Assembly (NCBI GenBank): GCA_040774925.1
Contig: JAXGTM010000001.1
Coordinates: 1-39,113 of the forward strand
Source of the DNA: Atribacterota bacterium
Lineage (GTDB): Bacteria > Atribacterota > Phoenicimicrobiia > Phoenicimicrobiales > Stramentimicrobiaceae
Direction of reading: 5' to 3'
DNA length: 39,113 nt
Every line of letters starts with the position of its first letter. Positions within the stretch are counted from its first letter, which is position 1. The notes below the pieces were generated by a model that saw only the letters and a program-made list of their open reading frames with translations, was not told the DNA's origin and searched no databases. Made by a program: the position numbers and the translations under genes. Shown in pieces: positions 27,945 to 38,099 of the stretch.

Positions 27945-30602
27945 ATGAGAGAGATGAGCAGCAGCCAAATTAGAGAAGCATTTTTACAATTTTTTCATTC
28001 TAAGGGACATAATATTGTACCAAGTGCCTCACTTATTCCAGAGGACCCTTCTATATTATTCACTATTGCCGGAATGGTCCCTTTCAAACCGATATTCCTT
28101 GGAAAGAGAAAACCATCATTTAAAAGAGCTACCAGTTCACAAAAATGTCTCAGAACAAACGATATAGAGAATGTAGGGAAAACTGCACGCCATCATACTT
28201 TTTTCGAAATGCTCGGTAATTTTTCTTTCGGTGATTATTTTAAAAAAGAAGCTATCATGTGGAGCTGGGAATTTTTTACTGAAGTAATTGGATTTCCTAA
28301 AGATAAGCTCTATGTTTCTGTCTATAAAGATGATGACGATGCATTCAATTTATGGCACAAAATGGTTGGAGTATCAGAAAGCCATATCGTAAAACTGGGA
28401 GAGGAAGACAATTTTTGGAAAGTAGGTCCCGAAGGCCCCTGCGGCCCATGTTCTGAAATATATATAGATTTAGGACCTGAAAGATCTACTACAAAGAATG
28501 GCGGAGTAGGGGTAGATGACCGTTATCTGGAACTTTGGAATCTTGTATTCATGCAATATAATAGGAGTCAGGATGGCTCACTGGAGCCATTGCCTTCTCA
28601 AAATATCGATACCGGTTTAGGCCTGGAAAGAATTACTTCTGTATTACAAAAAGCCCCATCAGATTTTGAAACAGACTTATTTTACCCGATTATTCAATAC
28701 ACCGCTCAGAAAGCAGGTTTACCATTTGGTAAAAATAAAAAGAATGATGTTGCCTTTAAAGTAATTTCAGATCATATTAGAGCACTGGTGTTTATGATTT
28801 CAGACAATATTCTTCCATCAAATGAAGGAAGAGGTTATGTATTGAGAATGCTCTTAAGACGGGCTTACCGTTTCGGAAAACTACTCAATTTCAATGCACC
28901 TTTTCTCTATGATATAGCGCCACAGGTAGTACAAATAATGCATCAAGCATATCCTGAAATTAAGGAAAAAGAAAAAACAATTTGTGAAATAATCATGACC
29001 GAAGAAAAGCGTTTTCAGGAAACACTGCATCTCGGTCTTACTATTTTAGAAGAATATACTGACAAACTTAACCGCGCCAATCAGAAAGTTTTAGACGGAA
29101 AAGATGCCTTTACTCTCTATGATACATATGGTTTTCCTCTTGAACTTACCAGAGATATACTTTCAGAGTCAGGCTTGCTGGTAGATGAAGAAGGGTACGA
29201 AAAATATATGCAGGAGCAGAAAGAACGTTCACGCTGTCATCAGTCCTGGGGTGCAGGCAAAGGAGATCAGAAGTTGGCTGAGGAGCAGAAAAAAGTTTTC
29301 AAATCTATTCATTCCGAAAATGGCGATACCAGATTTTGCGGTTATGTACAGATTTCATCAAATACAAAAGTTATTGCACTCTTCAATGATAATGGACTCA
29401 CCGATGAACTTACCGCTGGCGAAGAGGGGATTATCATTATAGAAGAGACGCCTTTTTATGCTGAAAAAGGCGGTCAAAAAGGGGATACCGGTATTATAAA
29501 GGGTAATGACGGCTCAAATACAATAGCCCGTGTCTGTGATACACAGATGCCCGTAGAGGGTTTAACAGTACATTACATTCGAGTAGAAAATGGTTCACTT
29601 CATAAACATCAGCAAGTTATTGCACAGATAGATGATATGGAAAGAATAGCTATTGCTGCCAATCATACTGCTACACATCTCCTACACTATGCCTTGCTGG
29701 AGGTTTTGGGCAGCCACATAAAACAGGCAGGTTCTTCTGTAACCTCCAGTCAGCTGAGATTTGATTTTACACACAACAGTCCTCTAAAAAGAGATGAAAT
29801 AGATAGGATAGAAGAGCTGATTAATCAGAAAATTAGTGAAAACCATCTGATAACATCTGAAATTACCGATTTCAGCACTGCACAGGAAAAAGGCGCAATC
29901 GCCCTGTTTGGTGAAAAATATGGTGAGAGAGTCCGTATTGTTGATATCGGTGGATTCAGTAAAGAACTTTGTGGTGGAACACATCTCGACCAGACTTTCC
30001 GCATAGGTATTTTTAAAATTGTTTCAGAACAGGGTATTGGCAGTGGTGTACGTAGAATAGAAGCAGTTACCAGAGAGAAAGCCTGGCAATTTATTAAAAA
30101 AGAAGAAGATGCTTTATTTGAACTGATGCATAGACTTGAAGTTCCTCAGGAAAGACTCCTGCAAAAAGTCGATATTTTGTTGGAAGAGAATGCTCTTTTA
30201 AAACGTGATTATCGTCAGCTATGGAAAAATACTCTCCCATACAGGCTGGAAAAAGTTTTACTGGAAAAAAAGCAGATAAATGGAATAAATGTTATTTCTG
30301 CAATTATTGATACCACAGATAAAACAGAGTTAAGAACTGCTGGAGATTTAATTAAAGAGAAGGCAGGCTCCGGAATAATTATACTTGCATCACAATTGAA
30401 AGATGATAGGATTATGCTGATTGTTATGGTTTCCGATGACCTGATTAACAGGGGTTATGATGCCGGTGAACTCATTCGACCGCTTGCTGAAAGTCTGAAC
30501 GGACAGGGCGGGGGTAAGAAGCATTTCGCTCAAGCTGGCGGCACCGGGCATGCCGTACTGCAGAATATGTTTTCAGATATAGGTAAATACCTCGAACTTT
30601 AA
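27945..30602 (+). CDS. alaS: Alanine--tRNA ligase
   Basis: IREAFLQFFHSKGH N-terminus, editing-domain HTATHLLH and CGGTH, C-terminal DHHA1-like domain. ATG 27954 is an alternative start. Confidence 0.97.
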   Translation: MREMSSSQIREAFLQFFHSKGHNIVPSASLIPEDPSILFTIAGMVPFKPIFLGKRKPSFKRATSSQKCLRTNDIENVGKTARHHTFFEMLGNFSFGDYFKKEAIMWSWEFFTEVIGFPKDKLYVSVYKDDDDAFNLWHKMVGVSESHIVKLGEEDNFWKVGPEGPCGPCSEIYIDLGPERSTTKNGGVGVDDRYLELWNLVFMQYNRSQDGSLEPLPSQNIDTGLGLERITSVLQKAPSDFETDLFYPIIQYTAQKAGLPFGKNKKNDVAFKVISDHIRALVFMISDNILPSNEGRGYVLRMLLRRAYRFGKLLNFNAPFLYDIAPQVVQIMHQAYPEIKEKEKTICEIIMTEEKRFQETLHLGLTILEEYTDKLNRANQKVLDGKDAFTLYDTYGFPLELTRDILSESGLLVDEEGYEKYMQEQKERSRCHQSWGAGKGDQKLAEEQKKVFKSIHSENGDTRFCGYVQISSNTKVIALFNDNGLTDELTAGEEGIIIIEETPFYAEKGGQKGDTGIIKGNDGSNTIARVCDTQMPVEGLTVHYIRVENGSLHKHQQVIAQIDDMERIAIAANHTATHLLHYALLEVLGSHIKQAGSSVTSSQLRFDFTHNSPLKRDEIDRIEELINQKISENHLITSEITDFSTAQEKGAIALFGEKYGERVRIVDIGGFSKELCGGTHLDQTFRIGIFKIVSEQGIGSGVRRIEAVTREKAWQFIKKEEDALFELMHRLEVPQERLLQKVDILLEENALLKRDYRQLWKNTLPYRLEKVLLEKKQINGINVISAIIDTTDKTELRTAGDLIKEKAGSGIIILASQLKDDRIMLIVMVSDDLINRGYDAGELIRPLAESLNGQGGGKKHFAQAGGTGHAVLQNMFSDIGKYLEL

Positions 30603-30870
30603 TGATTAAAGACACTCTAAAACTCTGTTACTGTTACTCGTTCTTTCATTTCCATGTATTATCACATTATCCATGTTAAACAAAACTATAAATAGCTGAT
30701 ACCTTCAATAATCATACAATACAATATAGTACAACAATCAATTGGAAAGCCTTCATATCCACACCAGAGAAGATAAAAAAGTTCTTATCAAATCTTTGTC
30801 GCTGTACGATTATCTATATTACTGGTATACTGATTTAATAAAAAGAAATAATAAGAAGGAGAACGCTAAT

Positions 30871-31305
30871 TTGAGAATACTCGGAGTCGATTTAGGAGAA
30901 AAACGAATAGGGCTCGCTCTAAGCGACCCTTTAGGATTGACTGCACAGGGTCTGCCGACAATGCAAGTAAAAAACGAACAGGAGATCTTCTCAAAAATTT
31001 CAGAAGTAATTAAAGAAAAAAATGTTGACCTGATTGTTTTTGGACTGCCAAAAAATATGAATGGCACATTAGGACCGCAGGCAGCAAAAGTTCAGGAATT
31101 TGCAAAAAAGATTGAAGAAATCAGCAAATTACCTGTAGACTTTGAAGATGAGAGATTGAGCACCGTAAGGGCAGAACAGATTCTGCTTGAAGCCGATACC
31201 AGCAGAGCAAAGAGGAAAAAATCTATTGACCGTCTTGCTGCAGTAATCTTTTTACAATCTTATCTTGACCGAAAAGGTTTTGAAAAGAATGAGAAAAATA
31301 ATTAA
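30871..31305 (+). CDS. ruvX: Putative pre-16S rRNA nuclease / Holliday-junction-resolvase-like protein YqgF
   Basis: Start set at the TTG preceded by AAGGAGAA, giving LRILGVDLGEKRIGLALSD, the canonical YqgF N-terminus, and about 144 aa. The ORF-track start at 30742 adds 43 non-conserved residues. Confidence 0.85.
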   Translation: MRILGVDLGEKRIGLALSDPLGLTAQGLPTMQVKNEQEIFSKISEVIKEKNVDLIVFGLPKNMNGTLGPQAAKVQEFAKKIEEISKLPVDFEDERLSTVRAEQILLEADTSRAKRKKSIDRLAAVIFLQSYLDRKGFEKNEKNN

Positions 31306-32257
31306 AGGATTTTTTAATATCCTGCTATTTTTGTTTTTAATCTCATTTCTGTTTTCCATACTATTTTCTGTCTGGGTTTTTACCCCTGTTGGGAATGGTG
31401 CTTCAGTAGAGAAGGTAGTTGAGATTCCATACGGTTTCAGTACAGCTGAAATAAGGGGATTATTGGAAAAAGAAAAACTAATCAGATCCCATAATTACCT
31501 CTTTCCTGTAATTACCAAGTTATTAAAAATTGATGGGAGACTACAGTCAGGAGAATATCAATTCAGTCCCTCCCAGAGCCTTGCTGAAATAATCGAACAG
31601 ATGGTCAAAGGAAGAGTACTGCGGTATCGCATAACTATTCCGGAAGGGTTACACAAAGGGCAGATTGCCCGCCTGCTGACAGATAAGGGAATAGTGGAAT
31701 ATGATAATTTTTTGAATTTAATTGATGCGGAACAACTTTACCGCGAAGGGTATCTTTTCCCTGATACCTATGAATTTCCTAAAAATTTTGGTGCTGAAAA
31801 AGTATTAAAAGCCATGAAGGTGCGTTTTGATGAAGTGGTACTAGGCAGAATAGACCCTGAACAGAAATTTCCGCTCGACTTGAATTTCGAGCAAATAATA
31901 GTCCTCGCATCTATTATAGAAAAGGAGGCACTGGGGACTGAAGATAAACCGAAAATAGCTTCCGTTTTTTATAATAGACTGGCTGACGGCATGCGTTTGC
32001 AGTCATGTGCAACAATTCAGTATTTATTAGAAAAACCGCAGGAACGACTTACACAGCAGGATCTAGAGATAGAATCACCATTTAATACCTATCTTCATCC
32101 CGGACTACCGCCTGAACCTATCTGTAATCCGGGATTAGAATCAATTCTGGCAGCAGTTTATCCTGCAGAAGAAGATTTTTTCTTTTTTGTGCTGGGCAAA
32201 GAGGGGAAACATATCTTTTCTAAAACATATCAGGAACATCTTAATAATAAACCATAA
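31289..32257 (+). CDS. mltG: Endolytic murein transglycosylase MltG (YceG family)
   Basis: N-terminal TM segment, YceG motifs ASIIEKEA, YNRL, QSCATIQY, NTYLHPGLPP. ATG 31289 (MRKIIKG) preferred; overlaps the ruvX end. Confidence 0.9.
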   Translation: MRKIIKGFFNILLFLFLISFLFSILFSVWVFTPVGNGASVEKVVEIPYGFSTAEIRGLLEKEKLIRSHNYLFPVITKLLKIDGRLQSGEYQFSPSQSLAEIIEQMVKGRVLRYRITIPEGLHKGQIARLLTDKGIVEYDNFLNLIDAEQLYREGYLFPDTYEFPKNFGAEKVLKAMKVRFDEVVLGRIDPEQKFPLDLNFEQIIVLASIIEKEALGTEDKPKIASVFYNRLADGMRLQSCATIQYLLEKPQERLTQQDLEIESPFNTYLHPGLPPEPICNPGLESILAAVYPAEEDFFFFVLGKEGKHIFSKTYQEHLNNKP

Positions 32258-32497
32258 TATTTCATTTTTACTTTAATAAAGAAAGAGCATAATTTAAAAC
32301 TCAATTGATGATTACAATCACTATTTTTCATTATTTCTGCTAATTTTACTTGATTATCCTCTTTAAATGGTATACCTGATAAGAATATATTGTTATACTA
32401 TATTTGTTTTATGGGCGAATTATAATCAATAAATAATAAATATTCCTTCCCATATTTACGCTCTAAGGATATGTGAGAGGAGATTACAGGAGTAGAA

Positions 32498-33115
32498 ATG
32501 AAACCCCTGATAATAGGCATTACCGGTGGAACCGGTTCCGGCAAGACAACAGTTGCTAAAAAGATTGCCAGCGGGATTAAAGAGAAAAAAGCAATCATTA
32601 TTGCACAGGATTCTTATTACGTAGATCTGTCCCATCTTACTCTGAAAGAGAGAAAAAAATTCAACTTTGACCATCCGTCAGCTTTTGATAATAATCTGCT
32701 AATTGAACATCTCAATAAACTCATCAGATATGAAGCTATAGCAATGCCTCAATATTCATTTCAAGATTACACCAGAAAAAAACAGAGCAAAAGAGTAAAT
32801 CCAGCTGAAGTGATAATTCTTGAAGGAATATTGATTTTAGAAGATAAAACTATCAGAGATTTGCTCGACATAAAAATATATGTTGATACAGATTCCGATG
32901 AGCGGTTTATCCGCAGGCTAATGCGCGATACCAGGGAGAGAGGAAGGACTCTCTCATCAGTTGTTGAACAATACTTGAAAAAAGTTAAGCCAATGTTTTT
33001 GCAGTTTGTGGAACCTTCCAAAAAATATGCTGATATTATTATCCCGCAGGGCGGATTAAACAGGGTTGCCATAGACATCATAATTACCAATATAAACGCC
33101 CGGCTCAAGCAGTAA
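32498..33115 (+). CDS. udk: Uridine kinase
   Basis: P-loop IGITGGTGSGKTT, NFDHPSAFD, ILEGIL, RRLMRDTRERGR. Confidence 0.95.
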   Translation: MKPLIIGITGGTGSGKTTVAKKIASGIKEKKAIIIAQDSYYVDLSHLTLKERKKFNFDHPSAFDNNLLIEHLNKLIRYEAIAMPQYSFQDYTRKKQSKRVNPAEVIILEGILILEDKTIRDLLDIKIYVDTDSDERFIRRLMRDTRERGRTLSSVVEQYLKKVKPMFLQFVEPSKKYADIIIPQGGLNRVAIDIIITNINARLKQ

Positions 33116-33225
33116 CATATTATTGCTATAACTATCCATTTACAATATCGTTTATTAGTAATAACATAAAAATGATGCAAGCATATAACAAATTGAAACT
33201 AACTTGAATAGCAAAAGGAGACATA

Positions 33226-33768
33226 ATGTCAGGTTTGCTTAAATTGTTAATACCGGATGTATATCTGGAAAATATCAATGCCATTGATAGTAAAAAATTG
33301 AAAGAGAAAAAGAATATTAAAGGAATTATCCTTGACCTTGATAACACTATTATTCCAAAAGGAACCCGATATCTTGATGAGCAGATCGTCCGCTGGATAG
33401 AAGAAGCGAAAAGGAACGGGATAAAAATATGTCTTGTTTCAAATACACATACCGATTTTTCCGAAATTATCACAAAACTTGAGATACCTTTCTTTTACAG
33501 CAGATACAAACCTATGAAAAAACCCTTTTTGACTGCCATGGAGACAATGAATACAGATAGCAATGAAACTGCTGTCATCGGTGACCAGATTTTTACAGAT
33601 GTATGGGGAGGCAACCGTTTAAAACTTCTTACCATACTGGTACGTCCCTTGAGCAGACGTGATTCGCTGGGTACAGTTATCTTCAACCGTACATTTGAAA
33701 AATTACTTTTTTCATTATGGTTAAAAAAAGGAAAAATAAAATTGAAAGAGGGTAAATGGCCCGAGTAA
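33226..33768 (+). CDS. YqeG-family HAD-IIIA phosphatase
   Basis: AAGGAG RBS. HAD motif I ILDLDNTI, motif II VSNT, motif IV GDQIFTDV. About 180 aa. Confidence 0.75.
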   Translation: MSGLLKLLIPDVYLENINAIDSKKLKEKKNIKGIILDLDNTIIPKGTRYLDEQIVRWIEEAKRNGIKICLVSNTHTDFSEIITKLEIPFFYSRYKPMKKPFLTAMETMNTDSNETAVIGDQIFTDVWGGNRLKLLTILVRPLSRRDSLGTVIFNRTFEKLLFSLWLKKGKIKLKEGKWPE

Positions 33769-34189
33769 TCATTATTCTTCCAAATTTACCCGCCTCAAAT
33801 CCTGTGTTTATAAATCCTTAACTTAATATCTGCATTCAAATAAAATCTATTCTTCTCATCACTTCTCATCTTTTTAACTCTTCTCACCCTATAAAATTAA
33901 CCTATAAATCTGCCTGTAACAGCACCTGAAAATTTTACGACTTTTCACAATAACGAAAAGTATAATAAAAAATACAAAATACAAATATTAAATTATCAGT
34001 TTAAGTATTAGCAGAAAGAGAAATTGTCAGTATAATATATAAGTGAAATACAGATATAATATTTAAAGTATTTGCCCTTTTTATTTTACGAAGGTATAAT
34101 ATTAAAAATTAATCCATCTAAAATAAATAATAAATAGCAATAAATAAAAAGGTCAATCCTGAAATCTGTAAGGAAAAGAAAGGTCAGAG

Positions 34190-35920
34190 ATGGTAGCCCG
34201 CTTTGTAAAAGAAAAAGGAATAACAGGCGATTTTTTATTAAATCTGCTGATAAATAAGAAAATTATCGGAAGCAAGGAAATAGACGATATTTGTCAGAAG
34301 CAGATTAATAATAAGACCTCTATCGAAAGAATTATCCTCTCTTCAGGCATAATAAACAAAAAAGAGATGATGAAACTACTTTCAGAAGAGATTGGCGTTC
34401 CCTATGTTGAGCTTGAGGGCAAGAGTTTTGACCCAACCGTCGTCGCTACACTATCTGAGGAGATTTCCCGTAAGCACAATATAGTTACTATCGGTAAAAA
34501 TAAGGGAAAACTCGTTGTCGCTATGGCAAACCCACTCGATGTCTACATACATGATGAGATCCGTATCACTACCGGTTTTGAAGTGGAGCCATACCTCGCT
34601 TTTAAAGATGATATCAATAAGGCGCTCGATTCAGTATACGGTATCACTGAAAACTGGCAAAACATGATAGGAGATATTGCCGCACTGCCCGTTACCGCTG
34701 TTGAAGAAGAAGCAGAGGAGATGGAGATAACAAAGGGTATTTCCGAAAGTCATGAGACTCCGGTTATCGCTCTGGTCAATCTTATTATGCTCAGAGCTAT
34801 CAAGGAGGGAGCGAGCGACATACATGTGGAACCTTCCGGTGATAAGAACCTCAAGGTTAGGTATCGTATTGACGGTATACTGCATGATATCATGTCACCT
34901 CCCAGAAGTCTGCATATGGCAATAATCTCCAGAATAAAGATTATGTCTAATCTTAATATAGCCGAAAGGCGTCTGCCGCAGGATGGAAGGATTAAGGTAC
35001 AGGTACACGGAAGAGAAGTTAATTTTAGAGTATCTACTATTCCGGCTGTTAATGGTGAAAGTGCTGTCTTGAGAATATTAGACCCGGCTCAAATAATGCT
35101 TGACCTGAAATCTATCGGTTTTTCTGATGAAAATTATGAAAAATATCAGCAGCTGATAGAAAAGCCAAATGGCATTATACTCGTTACAGGTCCTACCGGC
35201 AGCGGTAAATCTACTACCCTTTATGCAACCTTAAATATCTTAAATTCGGTAGAGAAAAAGATTATGACTATCGAAGATCCTGTTGAATACCGTTTGGATG
35301 GTATAAGTCAATTACAGGCAAAACCAAAAATAGGCCTCACCTTTGCTGCCGGATTGCGCAGTTTTCTCCGTCAGGACCCTGATATTATGCTGGTAGGAGA
35401 AATAAGGGATAAAGAGACAGCCGATATCGCTATACAGTCAGCTCTAACCGGCCATCTGGTCTTGAGTACTCTGCACACAAATGATGCGCCCAGTTCAGTC
35501 ATTCGTCTGGTAGATATGGGTATTGAACCATTTCTAATCTCATCATCAGTTATTGGAGTAGTTGCTCAGAGATTGGTGCGTAAGATATGTTCCTATTGTA
35601 AAAAAGAAGCTGCCATCACAGATGAGATAAAAATGGTTATGGAAGAGTTCAATATTCCCCCCGGTGAAATAAGACTATTCCATGGGGAAGGATGTCCACA
35701 TTGCAAGGGGACAGGTTATAAAGGCAGAACAGCAATATTTGAATTGATGGTGATAAATGAGCCGATAAGAGAATTAATTTACAAAAATGCGCCTATTTCT
35801 GAAATCAGAGCTACTGCTATAAAAAAAGGTGGAATGATTTCTTTAAAAGAAGATGGTTTAAATAAGATAAGTGAGGGTGTTACCACACTGGAAGAAGTAA
35901 TGCGAGCAACATCCAGCTGA
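34190..35920 (+). CDS. pilB: Type IV pilus assembly ATPase PilB/GspE family, paralogue 2
   Basis: T2SSE_N segment (VATLSEEISRKHNIVTIGKNKGKLVVAMANPLD), Walker A GPTGSGKST, MLVGEIRD, GHLVLSTLHTND, tetra-Cys CSYC...CPHC. Confidence 0.9.
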   Translation: MVARFVKEKGITGDFLLNLLINKKIIGSKEIDDICQKQINNKTSIERIILSSGIINKKEMMKLLSEEIGVPYVELEGKSFDPTVVATLSEEISRKHNIVTIGKNKGKLVVAMANPLDVYIHDEIRITTGFEVEPYLAFKDDINKALDSVYGITENWQNMIGDIAALPVTAVEEEAEEMEITKGISESHETPVIALVNLIMLRAIKEGASDIHVEPSGDKNLKVRYRIDGILHDIMSPPRSLHMAIISRIKIMSNLNIAERRLPQDGRIKVQVHGREVNFRVSTIPAVNGESAVLRILDPAQIMLDLKSIGFSDENYEKYQQLIEKPNGIILVTGPTGSGKSTTLYATLNILNSVEKKIMTIEDPVEYRLDGISQLQAKPKIGLTFAAGLRSFLRQDPDIMLVGEIRDKETADIAIQSALTGHLVLSTLHTNDAPSSVIRLVDMGIEPFLISSSVIGVVAQRLVRKICSYCKKEAAITDEIKMVMEEFNIPPGEIRLFHGEGCPHCKGTGYKGRTAIFELMVINEPIRELIYKNAPISEIRATAIKKGGMISLKEDGLNKISEGVTTLEEVMRATSS

Positions 35921-36010
35921 TACATTGTTAATGTAATAAACGGAAAAACATTCAATCCATTAAATTATTTATCAAAAGATTTTCTAAAAAATTTTAAAAC
36001 TTTTTGACTG

Positions 36011-36036
36011 GAGCATTACTTTTATAGTAATGGCTC
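36011..36036 (+). terminator. Hairpin downstream of pilB2, possible weak terminator
   Basis: GAGCATTACT (36011-36020) pairs with AGTAATG-G-CTC (36026-36036), 5-nt loop, followed by the T-rich ACTTTCTTTG. Confidence 0.35.
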
Positions 36037-36281
36037 ACTTTCTTTGTTGATAAGAAAGACATTAAATTTTACCCTGCATCAGATTAACTTTACAGCACTT
36101 TAAAATTTCTGCTAAAATAAGAGTATAAAATATAGAATCATCACATATATCTCTACAATAATAGTATACGAATATAAAATATGCTGTTATACTATATTTA
36201 ATCATATTATGCAAATACAGCACAGCCGAATTTTGTCTTTTCTGTTTTATATGTCTGTTAAATCAGGAGGTGTAATAAATA

Positions 36282-37490
36282 ATGGCAACCTATACCTATA
36301 GAGCCAGAGATAATGCTGGAAAATTATTTTCTGGAATAATGGAGGCAGATAGCCAGGAAGCAGTTATTGAACGCCTGAGAGAATTGAGATATTTTATCAT
36401 ATCAGTAAATAAAAAAAGACAGACCGGCTTATCTACCGAAATAAATCTTTTCAAAAGTATCAAGATAAGAGACCTGGCAATCTTCTACCGGCAATTTGCC
36501 ACAATGGTAAATGCAGGTCTCGCACTGGTCAGCTGTCTCGATATATTATCAAAACAGACCGAAAACAAACTGTTAGCCCGGAAGGTAGGAGAAATCAAAA
36601 AGAGTGTTGAGCAGGGCTCCACACTTGCCGATGCCTTTGCCAGTCACCCGGAGACCTTTTCCAAGCTGTATATCAACATGATTAAGGCCGGAGAGCTGGG
36701 CGGAGTGCTTGATGATGTTTTAAACCGTATGGCTACCCTGATGGAGAAAGAATATGAACTCCGTCAGAAAATTAAATCAGCTATGACCTATCCCGTCTTT
36801 ATCTTTGGGGCTGCCTTTGTAATGGGAATATTTGTCCTCGTTTTTATTTTACCCCAATTTGTACAGGTATTCCAGCAATTCGGCGGAGAGATGCCCTTTT
36901 TAACCAAGATGCTGGTCGCAGTGACTACGGCGTTTAACCGGTACTGGTATATCTTTTTTGGTGCGCTCGCTCTCCTTGTATTCGCTTTTCTATCCTATAA
37001 CCGTACCAAACAGGGTCATAAGAATATAGACCGATTAAAGTTAAAATTACCCATCTTTGGTAACCTCTTTTTAAAGACATCTATCAACCGTTTTACCAGA
37101 ACACTCGGCACCTTAATCCGCAGCGGGGTCCCCATTATTCAGTCTCTTAAAGTATCAGCAGAATCTATCGGTAATGATATTCTGGCAGAAGCGGTAATGA
37201 GTGCTGCGGAAAGAATTAAAGAGGGGCAGAGTATCTCCACACCGCTGGAGGAGAGCAGGGTATTTCCGCCTATGGTTACTCAGATGATTATGGTTGGTGA
37301 GGAGAGCGGTGAGCTGGAAAGTATGCTAATAAATGTTGCTCAGTTCTATGATCAGGAAGTGGAAAGAGCAGTTGAACAGCTTACCTCTGTCATAGAACCC
37401 ATTCTAATGATTGTTGTTGCCGGAGTTGTCGGCGTGATGGTTATAGCAATGTATCTCCCCATATTCAGTATGGTAAATTTAATACAGTAG
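36282..37490 (+). CDS. pilC: Type IV pilus platform protein PilC (GspF/T2SSF family)
   Basis: AGGAGG RBS. Two T2SSF repeats (FYRQFATMVNAGL... and FTRTLGTLIRSGVP...), three TM segments, about 402 aa. Confidence 0.9.
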   Translation: MATYTYRARDNAGKLFSGIMEADSQEAVIERLRELRYFIISVNKKRQTGLSTEINLFKSIKIRDLAIFYRQFATMVNAGLALVSCLDILSKQTENKLLARKVGEIKKSVEQGSTLADAFASHPETFSKLYINMIKAGELGGVLDDVLNRMATLMEKEYELRQKIKSAMTYPVFIFGAAFVMGIFVLVFILPQFVQVFQQFGGEMPFLTKMLVAVTTAFNRYWYIFFGALALLVFAFLSYNRTKQGHKNIDRLKLKLPIFGNLFLKTSINRFTRTLGTLIRSGVPIIQSLKVSAESIGNDILAEAVMSAAERIKEGQSISTPLEESRVFPPMVTQMIMVGEESGELESMLINVAQFYDQEVERAVEQLTSVIEPILMIVVAGVVGVMVIAMYLPIFSMVNLIQ

Positions 37491-37553
37491 GAGAAGCAGT
37501 AAGAGAAAGCAGCAATTATATATAATAATATATAGGTAGGAGTGGTAATAGTT

Positions 37554-38099
37554 ATGCCAGAAAAAGAGGCAGTCAGCAGTCCTGCTGAACAGAATAACAG
37601 CATGAAAATAGTTGAAGAACATATGGATTTTTTAAAAGAGATTGTAAAGGGTTTTGAAAATTCCGGTGAGCAGGAAGAAGACCTTCTTCAAGCCGGTTAT
37701 ATCGGTCTCTTGAATGCAGCTAATCTCTATCAGAAACAGGAAGACATCACATTTAAAGAATATGCCAATCATTTAATCAGCGGAGAGATAAGAAACTATA
37801 TCAGAGAAAAGAATAGAAGAACTAATATCCCTGAATGGCTCTCTGTAATGATAAATAAGATGCTTAACCAGCTGCTCTCATCATATCGGGCACAATATAA
37901 CAAATTTCCCGATATAAATGAACTTTCCCGTATGCTGGAACTCTCACCCGATATACTGAAGGAAGCGCTTAAAGCGCGAAAAGCTGCGCAGGAGATATCT
38001 ATTGACAGACAGAGGAGAGAGCTGATTGACCTGCAGGAGCCGATAGATATCTCAAAAATAAGAAGAGAAATTAAGAACAGAAAATATGGTAACAAATAA
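37554..38099 (+). CDS. Sigma-70-family paralogue containing regions 2 and 3.0 only (no region 4)
   Basis: ATG 37554 lies 11 nt after AGGAG (37538-37542); the track's GTG 37542 overlaps the RBS. EDLLQAGYIGLLNAANLY...FKEYANHLISGEIRNYIRE aligns with region 2 of the downstream sigma, and ELSRMLELSPDILKEALKA aligns with its region 3.0. The protein ends in a basic tail with no HTH. Confidence 0.6.
   Translation: MPEKEAVSSPAEQNNSMKIVEEHMDFLKEIVKGFENSGEQEEDLLQAGYIGLLNAANLYQKQEDITFKEYANHLISGEIRNYIREKNRRTNIPEWLSVMINKMLNQLLSSYRAQYNKFPDINELSRMLELSPDILKEALKARKAAQEISIDRQRRELIDLQEPIDISKIRREIKNRKYGNK

Noticed and set aside
30742-30870. 43-residue N-terminal extension of ruvX implied by the ORF-track start
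   Set aside because: The extension (MESLHIHTREDKK...) matches nothing conserved in YqgF proteins. A TTG preceded by AAGGAGAA at 30871 gives the canonical N-terminus and length. The region is better treated as a 268-nt alaS-ruvX spacer, in which I saw no convincing structure beyond a trivial CTGTTACTGTTACT tandem.
37542-37553. GTG 37542 as the start of the truncated sigma gene
   Set aside because: The GTG overlaps the AGGAG Shine-Dalgarno sequence (37538-37542). ATG 37554 is optimally spaced from that sequence.
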